NCBI GenBank assembly: GCA_002269645.1
Contig: NIVC01004251.1
Span: forward strand, 1 to 53,266
Direction: 5' to 3'
DNA length: 53,266 nucleotides
Source: Macrostomum lignano
Taxonomy: Eukaryota
Shown here: in pieces, positions 12,975 to 28,444 of the stretch
How positions within the stretch are numbered: the stretch's first letter is position 1
Layout of the letters: the number at the start of each line of letters is the position of its first letter
Notes under the pieces: generated by a model
Told to the model about the DNA's origin: nothing
Seen by the model: the letters and a program-made list of their open reading frames with translations, nothing else
The model's database searches: none
Translations under genes and position numbers: made by a program

Positions 12975-13691
12975 CCGCTCTCTCCCTCACCGAAAATCCG
13001 CTCTCTCCCTCACCGAAAATCCGCTCTCTCCCTCACCGAAAATCCGCTCTCTCCCTCACCGAAAATCCGCTCTCTCCCTCACCGAAAATCCGCTCTTCCT
13101 CACCGAAAATCCGCTCTCTCCCTCACCGAAAATCCGCTCTCTCCCTCACCGAAAATCCGCTCTCTCCCTCACCGAAAATCCGCTCTCTCCCTCACCGAAA
13201 ATCCGCTCTCTCCCTCACCGAAAATCCGCTCTTCCTCACCGAAAATCCGCTCTCTCCCTCACCGAAAATCCGCTCTCTCCCTCACCGAAAATCCGCTCTC
13301 TCCCTCACCGAAAATCCGCTCTCTCTCACTGGATATCGCTTTCTCCGTCACCGAAAATCCGCCCCTCTTTCACCGAAAATCCGCTCTCGCCCTCACCGAA
13401 AATCCGCCCCTCTTTCACCGAAAATCCGCTCTCGCCCTCACCGAAAATCCACTCTCTTCTGTTCACTAATCCGCTCTCTCCTGTTCACTAATCCACTCTC
13501 TTCTGTTCACTAATCCGCCCTCTCCTGTTCACCAATCCGCTCTCTACTCCAATCCGCTCTCTACTCCAATCCGCTCTCTACTCCAATACGCTCTCTACTC
13601 CAATCCGCTCTCTACTCCAATCCGCTCTCTACTCCAATCCGCTCTCTACTCCAATCCGCTCTCTACTCCAATCCGCTCTCTACTCCAATCC
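12975..13691. repeat. Compound minisatellite: 23-bp (CCGAAAATCCGCTCTCTCCCTCA)n grading into 17-bp (AATCCGCTCTCTACTCC)n
   Basis: Directly visible; the units share the core AATCCGCTCTCT. Confidence 0.95.
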
Positions 13692-15458
13692 AGGCCTTCC
13701 GGCCTATTAGCTTAACGTCAGCAATGCTTAAGCTCACTGAGAGGCTTATTCTCTGGCGGCTGCTGTCCTGCGAGCTGACAGCGATGCCCCTCAGCAATAA
13801 TCAGCACGCCCTCCGTACCGGGAGGTCGACTGATAGCGCCCTGCATGCGATTGTCGAGAAGATTGAAAGGGCGGTACTGGGTGACGGTTACGCTCTGGCT
13901 CTCTTTCTTGACATTGTTGGCGCCTTCGACAACGTTATCTTTGAAGCGTTTCAGAGGGCCCTTCAAAATCGCAAAGCTCATGCCACCCTCATACGGTGGA
14001 TCATGTACATGATCTCCAACCGTACGGTCACTGCCCAACTTCTTGGGCAAACTGCCTCCACCAGAGTCTGTAAGGGTGGACCCCAAGGCGGAGTCCTCAC
14101 CCCGACGCTCTGGAACCTAGTCATGGACGCTCTTTTGAGTGACTCCCGACCCGACCCCGTCTTCAAAGTCGGGTATGCTGATGACGTCACGGCCATTGTG
14201 GCAGGACCGTCTCCCAGCACGCTCAGGGATCTGATGCAGAGCTTTATCCGCAAAGCAGAATCCTGGGCCAATGACAATGGTCTGGAACTCTCTGAGCCCA
14301 AAACCGTTGCCATTATGTTTACCAGCAGACTACGCTGGAACATACGTCCTCTGCAGCTCTACGGCAGAGATATTGCCTTCGCGCACCAGACCAGATGTCT
14401 CGGGGTCATACTTGACCACCGGCTCAACTGGTCCTCCCACGTGAAAGCAAAAGCCAAGCGTGCCTCAGCCATCCTGGCCCAGCTCCGACGAGCACTTGGC
14501 ACTTCTTGGGGTCTATCCCCAAAGCGGCTTTGGTGGATCTTTACTTCCGTAGTTAGACCTGCCATTACGTACGCCTCTGTTGTCTGGGTTAGCGCTACCC
14601 AGGTAAAAAGCCATGCAGACCTGCTCAACACGATCCAAGGCAGAGCGTGTAGGCTCATCTGCAACGCCACCAGGTCCACGCCCTTTGCTGGCATGGGGGC
14701 CTTCCTTAATCTTCCGCCTCTTGACCTCTTCATCAGGGGTGAGGCGGCTAGAACGACGCGGCGTCTAATTGATGCCGGCGTCAAATTCATTTACATGAGA
14801 GCACCTGCTAAGCGGAACCTTGTCCCGCATAGCGATCTGTGCCTCAACTTTCTCAACGAGTGTCAGGCCAATCGCGTCTTCACCGATGGCATTGCCTCAA
14901 CGCTCAACCTGAGACAGCGCTACTCCGTAGCTATCGACTCGCGCGATAACATCAATGACCAATGGAACCCTGGTGAGCTTCATTGCTACACCGACGGTTC
15001 TAAGCAGTCAGCCAACACCGGCTTTCCGGGCTGCCACCATGACCCTCTCTGGTCACGGCTGCTTCTCCAGGCACCAGTACCTGCAGGGCAACGCCACCAA
15101 CGCCACCTGTAGTTTCTGCAACTCAGGTGACGAAACCGCTGAGCATTTCGTCAGCATCTGTCCCGCCTTAACGCGGGCCAGACTCACTTACCTCGGGCCA
15201 CACACATCTATTACTGAAGCGTGCAAACCCGAAAACTTTAATCAGCTCATGCGCTACCTTCGGGCCACCCGCAGGGCTGAACTCTCCTTTCCAGAGAGCA
15301 CCATAGCTGCTGGCGACACTGGGGGACCTCCCTGGGCGGCGCCAACCCTCCGTCCATAGCGACGCGTCGGCCGTTCAGGGACTAGCGGAATGGGCGCCCG
15401 CGCCTTCCCGCTGTGTCCCCTCCGGGACAGCCCTGCAGCTAAGTCAAGTAAGTCAAGA
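13692..15458 (+). mobile_element. 5'-truncated, internally deleted non-LTR retrotransposon (RT + RNase H stub + CCHC knuckle; R1/LOA/Tad-like group)
   Basis: RT motifs FRPISLTS, QHALRTGRST, FLDIVGAFDNV, GGPQGGVLTPTLW, GYADD. RNase H start CYTDGSK is fused near 15022 to LSGHG...CSFCNSGDETAEHFVSICP in another frame. 3' tail is (TAAGTCAAG)2. Candidate 12-bp TSD CTACTCCAATCC at 13680-13691 and 15459-15470 is ambiguous because it lies in a tandem repeat. Confidence 0.92.
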
Positions 15459-15620
15459 CTACTCCAATCCGCTCTCTACTCCAATCCGCTCTCTACTCCA
15501 ATCCGCTCTCTACTCCAATCCGCTCTCTACTCCAATCCGCTCTCTACTCCAATCCGCTCTCTACTCCAATCCGCTCTCTACTCCAATCCGCTCTACTCCA
15601 ATCCGCTCTCTACTCCAATC
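15459..15620. repeat. Continuation of the 17-bp (AATCCGCTCTCTACTCC)n array 3' of the LINE
   Basis: Same unit as the 17-bp tract ending at 13691. Confidence 0.95.
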
Positions 15621-16059
15621 AAGTTTCTGCTATCTACCCAATCTTTTTAAGGCATTTTATCTAGGCAAACAAAATCGCGCCAACTTAAATCTTGAAATCC
15701 AATTTCAGCCGCCAAAGTTTTCGGAGTCTACGCCAGAGCTGACGGAGAGATCAAACGCTGGATTGAATTGGTGACTAGGCGTCCCCTGTGAACTCGCTGA
15801 ATAATATTAGCCATGTCCTTACTGTGCTACTAGTCAGTAAGCTATTGAAAAAAAATCAAATAAAGTTTTGATTGTTCCAGAGATAAACAATAGCTCTATT
15901 AATTGTTAATGATTTTATTTTATATGCTATAATTCTTTTTCTCTATTTTTCATCTGTAATAGCAAGCGAATGGTATTTGAAAGCATCAAGGTACATTTTA
16001 TTTCATGAGCTGAAGTACAAGTAAAAATAAAATACACAAGTTTAGCCTCATTCCTGTCA

Positions 16060-17200
16060 TTCTCTTTTTGTCGCTCTCTTTCTGTCACACTTTTCCAGTC
16101 ACTCTCTTCCCGCTCCTCTTTTCCCGTCACCGTCCTTATCGTCACTCTCTTTCCGTCACTCTCTTCCCGTCACTCTCTTCCCGGTCCTCTTTTCCCGTCA
16201 CCGTCCTTATCGTCACTCTCTTTCCGTCACTCTCTTCCCGTCACTCTCTTCCCGGTCCTCTTTTCCCGTCACCGTCCTTATCGTCACTCCCTTTCCGTCA
16301 CTCTCTTCCCGTCACTCTCTTCCCGTCACTCTCTTCCCGGTCCTCTTTTCCCGTCACCGTCCTTGTCGTCACTCCCTTTCCGTCACTCTCTTCCCGTCAC
16401 TCTTTTCCCGTCGCACTCTTTCCGTCACACTCTTCCCGTGCCTCTCTTCCCGTCACTCTCTTCCCGTCACTCTCTTCCCGTCACTCTCTTCCCGTCACTC
16501 TCTTCCCGTCACTCTCTTCCCGTCACTCTCTTCCCGTCACTCTCTTCCTGTCACTCTCTTCCCGTCACTCTTTTCCCGTCGCACTCTTCCCTTCACACTC
16601 TTTCCTTCACACTCTTCGCGTCACACTCTTCCCGTCACTCTCTTCCCGTCACACTCTTCCCGTCACACTCTTCCCGTCACACTCTTCCCGTCACACTCTT
16701 CCCGTCACTCTTTTCCCGTCACTCTCTTCCCGTCACTCTCTTCCCGTCACTCTTTTCCCGTCGCACTCTTTCCGTCACACTCTTCCCGTGCCTCTCTTCC
16801 CGTCACACTCTTCCCGTCACTCTCTTCCCGTCACTCTCTTCCCGTCACTCTCTTCCCGTCACTCTCTTCCCGTCACTCTCTTCCCGTCACTCTCTTCCCG
16901 TCACTCTCTTCCCGGTCCTCTTTTCCCGTCACCGTCCTTGTCGTCACTCCCTTTCCGTCACTCTTTTCCCGTCACTCTTTTCCCGTCACTCTCTTCCCGT
17001 CACTCTCTTCCCGTCACTCTCTTCCCGTCACTCTCTTCCCGTCACACTCTTCCCGTCACTCTCTTCCCGTCACTCTCTTCCCTTCACACTCTTTCCTTCA
17101 CACTCTTCCCGTCACTTTACCTGTCACTATCTTCCTGGCACTCTCTTCCTTTCACGCATTACCTGTCACTCTCATTCACTCTCATCCTGTCCCTCTCACT
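16060..17200. repeat. 14-bp pyrimidine-rich minisatellite (CTTCCCGTCACTCT)n
   Basis: Directly visible; explains the spurious 405-aa and 287-aa ORFs. Confidence 0.95.
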
Positions 17201-18239
17201 CTCTCCAGCTGTCATCCTGCCTCTGAAAATTGGAGCCCTCAGGTTCGGGCAGGAACAGGGCCAATATTTGATCATTTTTCATTAGCAGCTCAGCTTGAAT
17301 AATTTTACCCTTGCGAGTCAACTGAAGGCGTCGCACAAACGAATGCACTTTGCTCAAGTAGCTGCAGTCGGTTCTCATATGGTTGAAGTACTTGAACAAG
17401 CAGTTAGATTGGAAGTCTCTACCATAGACAGCCGTGAGGAACCGGTCCGGCCGGTTGGGCGCCGGCAGTAAGTACGGGCCGAACGGACGAACTCGCAAAG
17501 GATAAACGTAGTCAATGGGAAACTTCCGCGGAGCTTCCTGTCTGTCATAAACGCGTCCTTTCACTCTGCCGAAAAAGAAGTCCACAATTGTTTTGCACTG
17601 TTTTCTCGCGCTGAGATTTTGGCCAACTAATCCGCATAGGATGCCCAACTGCCAATGCTGGTTTGTCAGTTCGGTGTCTATGAAGTTGAACTGTTCCGAT
17701 TTGGACAGATTTACCAAGAATTGACGAACTAATGGCTTCTGATTATACTGAATCATAAAATCGATGTCGGCGTCCCAGGGGATGAAGCCGAGGTGTCGCC
17801 AGGATCCCAGCAAGCTGCCGCCAGCTAGAAACAGTTCGAGGCCCATCTGGCTGAAGTTCGAGTGCAACTGATGCACAATGCGATAGATATGACTCTGCTC
17901 ATCTGTGCTCAACAGACTCAACCGGTGTAGTTCCGTGGCTGTAGGATTTTTCACTGCATCACTGCCGATTAGTTTTTGCAGACAGGCCGCACCGACTGAC
18001 TTCGGTTTGCTCAGCCTAACATAGATCGGCGCTGACAGATGGAGAACAGAGTCTTCTATACGAAATTTCAATAGCAAATCACTGAGACACAATGCGCTCG
18101 AGGCCGAAATGCTATGGGAGTCTTGAGATTGTGTCCTTGAGCTGCTTCTCAGAGTGAAAACTATCGAGAAGGCAAAACAGACGGCAGCCAATAAGAAATA
18201 CGAATTAGCCCGACGTCTGTTTGGCAGTTTACTCAGCAT
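17196..18239 (-). CDS. Intronless LicD/fukutin-family nucleotidyltransferase-fold protein (type II membrane), 347 aa
   Basis: N-terminal anchor FLLAAVCFAFSIVFTL; LicD signature LAGGSLLGSWRHLGFIPWDADIDF; C-terminal YPLRVRPFGPYLLPAPNRPDRFLTAVYG. Confidence 0.88.
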   Translation of the reverse strand: MLSKLPNRRRANSYFLLAAVCFAFSIVFTLRSSSRTQSQDSHSISASSALCLSDLLLKFRIEDSVLHLSAPIYVRLSKPKSVGAACLQKLIGSDAVKNPTATELHRLSLLSTDEQSHIYRIVHQLHSNFSQMGLELFLAGGSLLGSWRHLGFIPWDADIDFMIQYNQKPLVRQFLVNLSKSEQFNFIDTELTNQHWQLGILCGLVGQNLSARKQCKTIVDFFFGRVKGRVYDRQEAPRKFPIDYVYPLRVRPFGPYLLPAPNRPDRFLTAVYGRDFQSNCLFKYFNHMRTDCSYLSKVHSFVRRLQLTRKGKIIQAELLMKNDQILALFLPEPEGSNFQRQDDSWRE

Positions 18240-18609
18240 TCTGCGGTTTCTTGCAAATCTACTTTGGTGTCATTTTTTAATCAATCCAATCGCATATGTT
18301 TCTGGCATCGCAATGCCACTAAGTCTCACAGTGAAAATGACAAGGGAAGGCATTTTTAGGGCGCAGTCACTTCCATGGTCTTTCCAGACAGTGGCTGTTT
18401 TGATGCGGTTGACGGGATCTGCTCGAGCAATGGGAAAAATGTGTTGCTACAGATGTAGACTGCGTTGAGAAGGCTGCCTTGCTTCCCAATACAAAATTTG
18501 TTTTTATAGAAACAAAACAATCGCCTTTTATCATCGTATATTCGTTTCATGGTTCATTTCTGTTTGTCTTTACCGTCTCGTGATCTAAGATTTGAAGATA
18601 TTTTGTCTT

Positions 18610-19682
18610 GAACAAACTTAGTATCTTAGTGCCTTAGAGTCTTAGTGCCTTAAGTATCTTAGTGTCTAGTATCCTAGTATCTTAGTGACTTTAGTGTCTT
18701 ATTGTCTAAGTGTCTCAGTGACTTGGTGTCTTAGTGTCTTATTGTCTCAGTGACTTAGTATCTTAGTGTCCTAGTGCCTTGGTGTGTTAGTGATTTAGTG
18801 TCTTAGTGCCCTAGTGTGTTATTGACTTAATGTCTTAGTGACTTATTATCTTAGTGTCTTAGTGTCTCAATGACTTAGTTTCTTAGTATCTTACTGCATT
18901 ACTGATTTAGTATCTTAGTGTCTTAGTTACTTTATGTCTTAGTGTCTTAGCCTCTTAGTGACTTAGTGTCTTAGCCTCTTAGTGACTTAGTGTCTTAGCC
19001 TCTTAGTGACTTAGTGTCTTAGCCTCTTAGTGACTTAGTGTCTTAGCCTCTTAGTGACTTAGTGTCTTAGCCTCTTAGTGACTTAGTGTCTTAGCCTCTT
19101 AGTGACTTAGTGTCTTAGCCTCTTAGTGACTTAGTGTCTTAGCCTCTTAGTGACTTAGTGTCTTAGCCTCTTAGTTACTTAGTGTCTTAGCCTCTTAGTG
19201 ACTTAGTGTCTTAGCCTCTTAGTGACTTAGTGTCTTAGCCTCTTAGTGACTTAGTGTCTTAGCCTCTTAGTGACTTAGTGTCTTAGCCTCTTAGTGACTT
19301 AGTGTCTTAGCCTATTAGTGACTTAGTGTCTTAGCCTCTTAGTGACTTAGTGTCTTAGCCTCTTAGTGACTTAGTGTCTTAGCCTCTTAGTGACTTAGTG
19401 TCTTTAGCGTCTTAGTGACTTAGTGTCTTAGCCTCTTAGTGACTTAGTGTCTTAGCCTCTTAGTGACTTAGTGTCTTAGCCTCTTAGTGACTTAGTGTCT
19501 TAGCCTCTTAGTGACTTAGTGTCTTAGCCTCTTAGTGACTTAGTGTCTTTAGCGTCTTAGTGACTTAGTGTCTTAGCCTCTTAGTGACTTAGTGTCTTAG
19601 CCTCTTAGTGACTTAGTGTCTTAGCCTCTTAGTGACTTAGTGTCTTAGCCTCTTAGTGACTTAGTGTCTTTAGCGTCTTATT
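18610..19682. repeat. 8-bp-unit satellite with a 24-bp higher-order repeat (TTAGTGAC TTAGTGTC TTAGCCTC)n
   Basis: Directly visible; degenerate at the left end, homogeneous from about 18950. Confidence 0.95.
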
Positions 19683-20211
19683 TAGTATTTTGGCCCCGCG
19701 ATGACATCAGCAGTGGTTACCATAGACGTACTATAAGACAACTAAGCAATCCAAGTCAAGCTAACTATAGACATAAAATACCTCAAGTCACTTACCGTTT
19801 TAAAGTCACTTCAGCTTCATGCATTTCAGACCAAGACCAGCAAATTTTGTTGATTAAGGTGCAAAATGCACCTTATTATATGAAGCAATAAAGTAAAATT
19901 AGCATATTTTAAACCCCATTAGCTATATTTAATTCTTAAATTAAATATTACAACTTTAGAGACTAGATTTTAACAGATGTTATAACTTTGACAAGTCTAC
20001 AAATTTTGTGCATTAACAAGCATAGCTAAGCCAGCAACAACCGACTTTAACAGTTTTGAATTTGGCACACAGAACGCGATCTGTAGTGACGCCTTCGATC
20101 AACGGAGAGTTGCCAATTTACCCCTGCAGTGATTACAATCAAGTTTATAATTCTGATTATCTGCAAATGTAGCTACAGCTTACTTTTAATAAGTCAACAA
20201 ATCTGCGTCTA

Positions 20212-21155
20212 CTAAGTCACTAATGCACTAAGCCACTAATGCACTAAGTCACTAATGTACTAAGCCACTAATACACTAAGTCACTAATGCACTAAGCCAC
20301 TAATACACTAAGTCACTAATGCACTAAGCCACTAATACACTAAGTCACTAATGCACTAAGTCACTAATGCACTAAGCCACTAATGTACTAAGTCACTAAT
20401 GCACTAAGTCACTAATGCACTAAGCCACTAATGCACTAAGTCACTAATGTGCTAAGCCACTAATACACTAAGTCACTAATGCACTAAGCCACTAATACAC
20501 TAAGTCACTAATGCACTAAGTCACTAATGCACTAAGCCACTAATGCACTAAGTCACTAATGCACTAAGTCACTAATGCACTAAGCCACTAATGTACTAAG
20601 CTATTAATGTACTAAGTCACTAATGCACTAAGCCACTAATGCACTAAGTAACTAATGCACTAATGCACTAAGCCACTAATACACTAAGTCACTAATGCAC
20701 TAAGCCACTAATACACTAAGTCACTAATGCACTAAGCCACTAATACACTAAGTCACTAATGCACTAAGTAACTAATGCACTAATGCACTAAGCCACTAAT
20801 ACACTAAGTCACCAATGCACTAAGTCACTAATGCACTAAGCCACTAATGCACTAAGTCACTAATGCACTAAGCCACTAATTCACTAAGTCACTAATGCAC
20901 TAAGTCACTAATGCACTAATTCACTAATGCACTGAGTCACTAATGCACTAAGTCACTAATGCACTAAGTCACTAATGCACTAAGTCACTAATGCACTAAG
21001 TCACTAATGTACTAAACCACTAATGTACTAAGCCACTAATGTACTAAGCCACTAATGCACTAAGCCACTAATGTACTAAGCTACTAATGTACAAAGTCAC
21101 TAATGCACTAAGCCACTAAAAGTCACTAATACACTAATGCACTAAGTCACTAATG
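20212..21155. repeat. 8-bp-unit satellite with a 16-bp higher-order repeat (ACTAAGTC/ACTAAGCC ACTAATGC)n; reverse-complement relative of the 18610-19682 array
   Basis: ACTAAGTC is the reverse complement of GACTTAGT. Confidence 0.93.
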
Positions 21156-21618
21156 AAAGAGAACACCTGAAGGCAAAAATCACTATACGATTTTCATGTC
21201 CTTAGGTAACACGCCATTGATTTTAACATTTTCTAACAAAAAAGCTACCGCAAAGTTCCATTTAAGGTCACCATGAATGCTATCTAAGGTTAAAAAAATT
21301 GCAGCAAAAATCAGTGAAAACAGTGTCAATTATGAATCAGACTTGTTTGCGTGGTTACCCGTTGACTACCGCATTCCTTATATGGTCTTTGAGTAGGAGC
21401 AGCTGTCAATGAGCCGGCTAATTACCGCTAGGCTTGTTCCCGTACGGATTAGTACCTTATCAAATCCTGACGAACTCCTCAGGGAATTGATCCAATTTCC
21501 TGTTTGCCTGTCTATATTAACCCTGAGTATGAGCATTGGGATATTGCTTCTGATCGAGAGTGGAGAGTGAACTTTTTAGGAATTCGAGTTCGGGACCATC
21601 CAAAGCGTGCTTTCCGTC

Positions 21619-27118
<5,500 letters not shown>

Positions 27119-27954
27119 CGGAAATTGCAATCAATTGTTTGTTTTACTGATCGATGATTTCAAGCATGATTCAAGCATCGGTGTTGGGTATTGTTTAAAT
27201 TAACAAAAGAAACCAATAAATAGAGTCAATTAAAACATTTATTGAGTCTGGGCGGTAAAAAAACAGCAATAACAACATTTGACTTCTGTCTATACTCAGC
27301 CACGTAGTGTATATTTGTTAAATCTAGACATTTCAAACTCGATATTTATGCTCACTAAAGCTTCTGGATTATATTTTATAAAAACACACCGAGACAACTA
27401 TGAATTGACCTCTTTATTTGGTGATTAAAAAATCAAAAGGAATCATGAATACAATTTAATTTTATATATCAAAATCGTAAGCTACTTTTAGCTCGTAGTT
27501 AAAATATTTATTGATAGAATTACAATTATCAGCAGAATTGGAATGACTGCCTACTGAATAGTAATGACTTGTTTAGATTAGATATGAAACAGAAAAGATA
27601 TTGCACTGAATTAACCTACAGCAACGGCTTAACTACAAGAATTTAAACAATGAAAAAAATGATTGATTAAACATTAGCTGAATAATATCTTACGAAACGA
27701 TTAAGATACAAAATTACAATATTGAGACTCGAATAAATTTGAAAAAAATAACACAAAAAATTAGCAAAACAATAATTACATCTCATAGTAACAGCAGAAC
27801 TTGGGCCAGTAGAAATTTGCGTCGCTTTTTATAGAAACTCAAATTACAAACCTTTAGGGCACCAATTTAAACTGCGACTTCTTGGATAATTCTAACCAAC
27901 TTTTAGAGGAAAATCTTACTTTGAAAGGATTTTTAAAGCATTTTAGGTGCGGTT

Positions 27955-28255
27955 TTTGGGTAGTTTATGAGCGATTGTTAGGATAGCTTATGAGCGATTA
28001 TTAGGGTATTTTATGAGCGATTATTAGGGTATTTTATGAGCGATTATTAGGGTATTTTATGAGCGATTATTAGGGTATTTTATGAGCGATTGTTAGGATA
28101 GTTTATGAGCAATTATGAGGGTACTCCATGAGCGATTATTAGGGTAGTTTATGAGCGATTATGAGGTTACTCCATGAGCGATTATTAGGGTACTTTATAA
28201 CGGATTATTAGGGTAGTTTATGAGCGATTATTAGTGTAGTTTATGAGCGATTATC
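27955..28255. repeat. 23-bp minisatellite (GGGTAGTTTATGAGCGATTATTA)n
   Basis: Directly visible; similar to the 25852-26965 unit. Confidence 0.92.
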
Positions 28256-28444
28256 AAGGTCTTCGGGCCATTTTTACATTAGGTGTTTAGAGGCTAATTC
28301 TTCTGTTATCTAATTATACTAATTACCGGTGAAAATAGATAATTACAAAAACTGGGATAATAAAAACAACAGTGAATAACTTTTGAAGTCAGATTTGTTA
28401 TAATCCTGGCCCAAATCAATTGAGTAAGAGACACATTTGACCAT

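Larger units (their letters stand above)
12664..15791 (+). pseudogene. Trypsin-like (S1A) serine protease paralogue A: frameshifted and lacking the Asp and Ser catalytic exons
   Basis: Exon 12664-12933 encodes RIVGGQPSGRNRLPWMVSL...CGATLITDRHV, then a +1 frameshift near 12904-12907 precedes TAAHCFKD. Terminal exon 15709-15791 (GVYARADGEIKRWI*) is 83 nt, the same length as the last exon of paralogue B. No DVAIL or GDSGGP exon lies between them, and the donor (phase 2) and acceptor (phase 1) are incompatible. Possible upstream exons at 11395-11465 and 12370-12412 are low confidence. Confidence 0.8.

Noticed and set aside
12934-13491. C-terminal half of the 268-aa ORF
   Set aside because: Read-through past the GTGAGC donor into a minisatellite.
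13724-13726. ATG as the start of the RT ORF
   Set aside because: Internal Met; the RT motif FRPISLTS lies upstream and the element is 5'-truncated.
16068-17285. 405-aa and 287-aa ORFs
   Set aside because: Translations of the 14-bp minisatellite; stop-free by composition.
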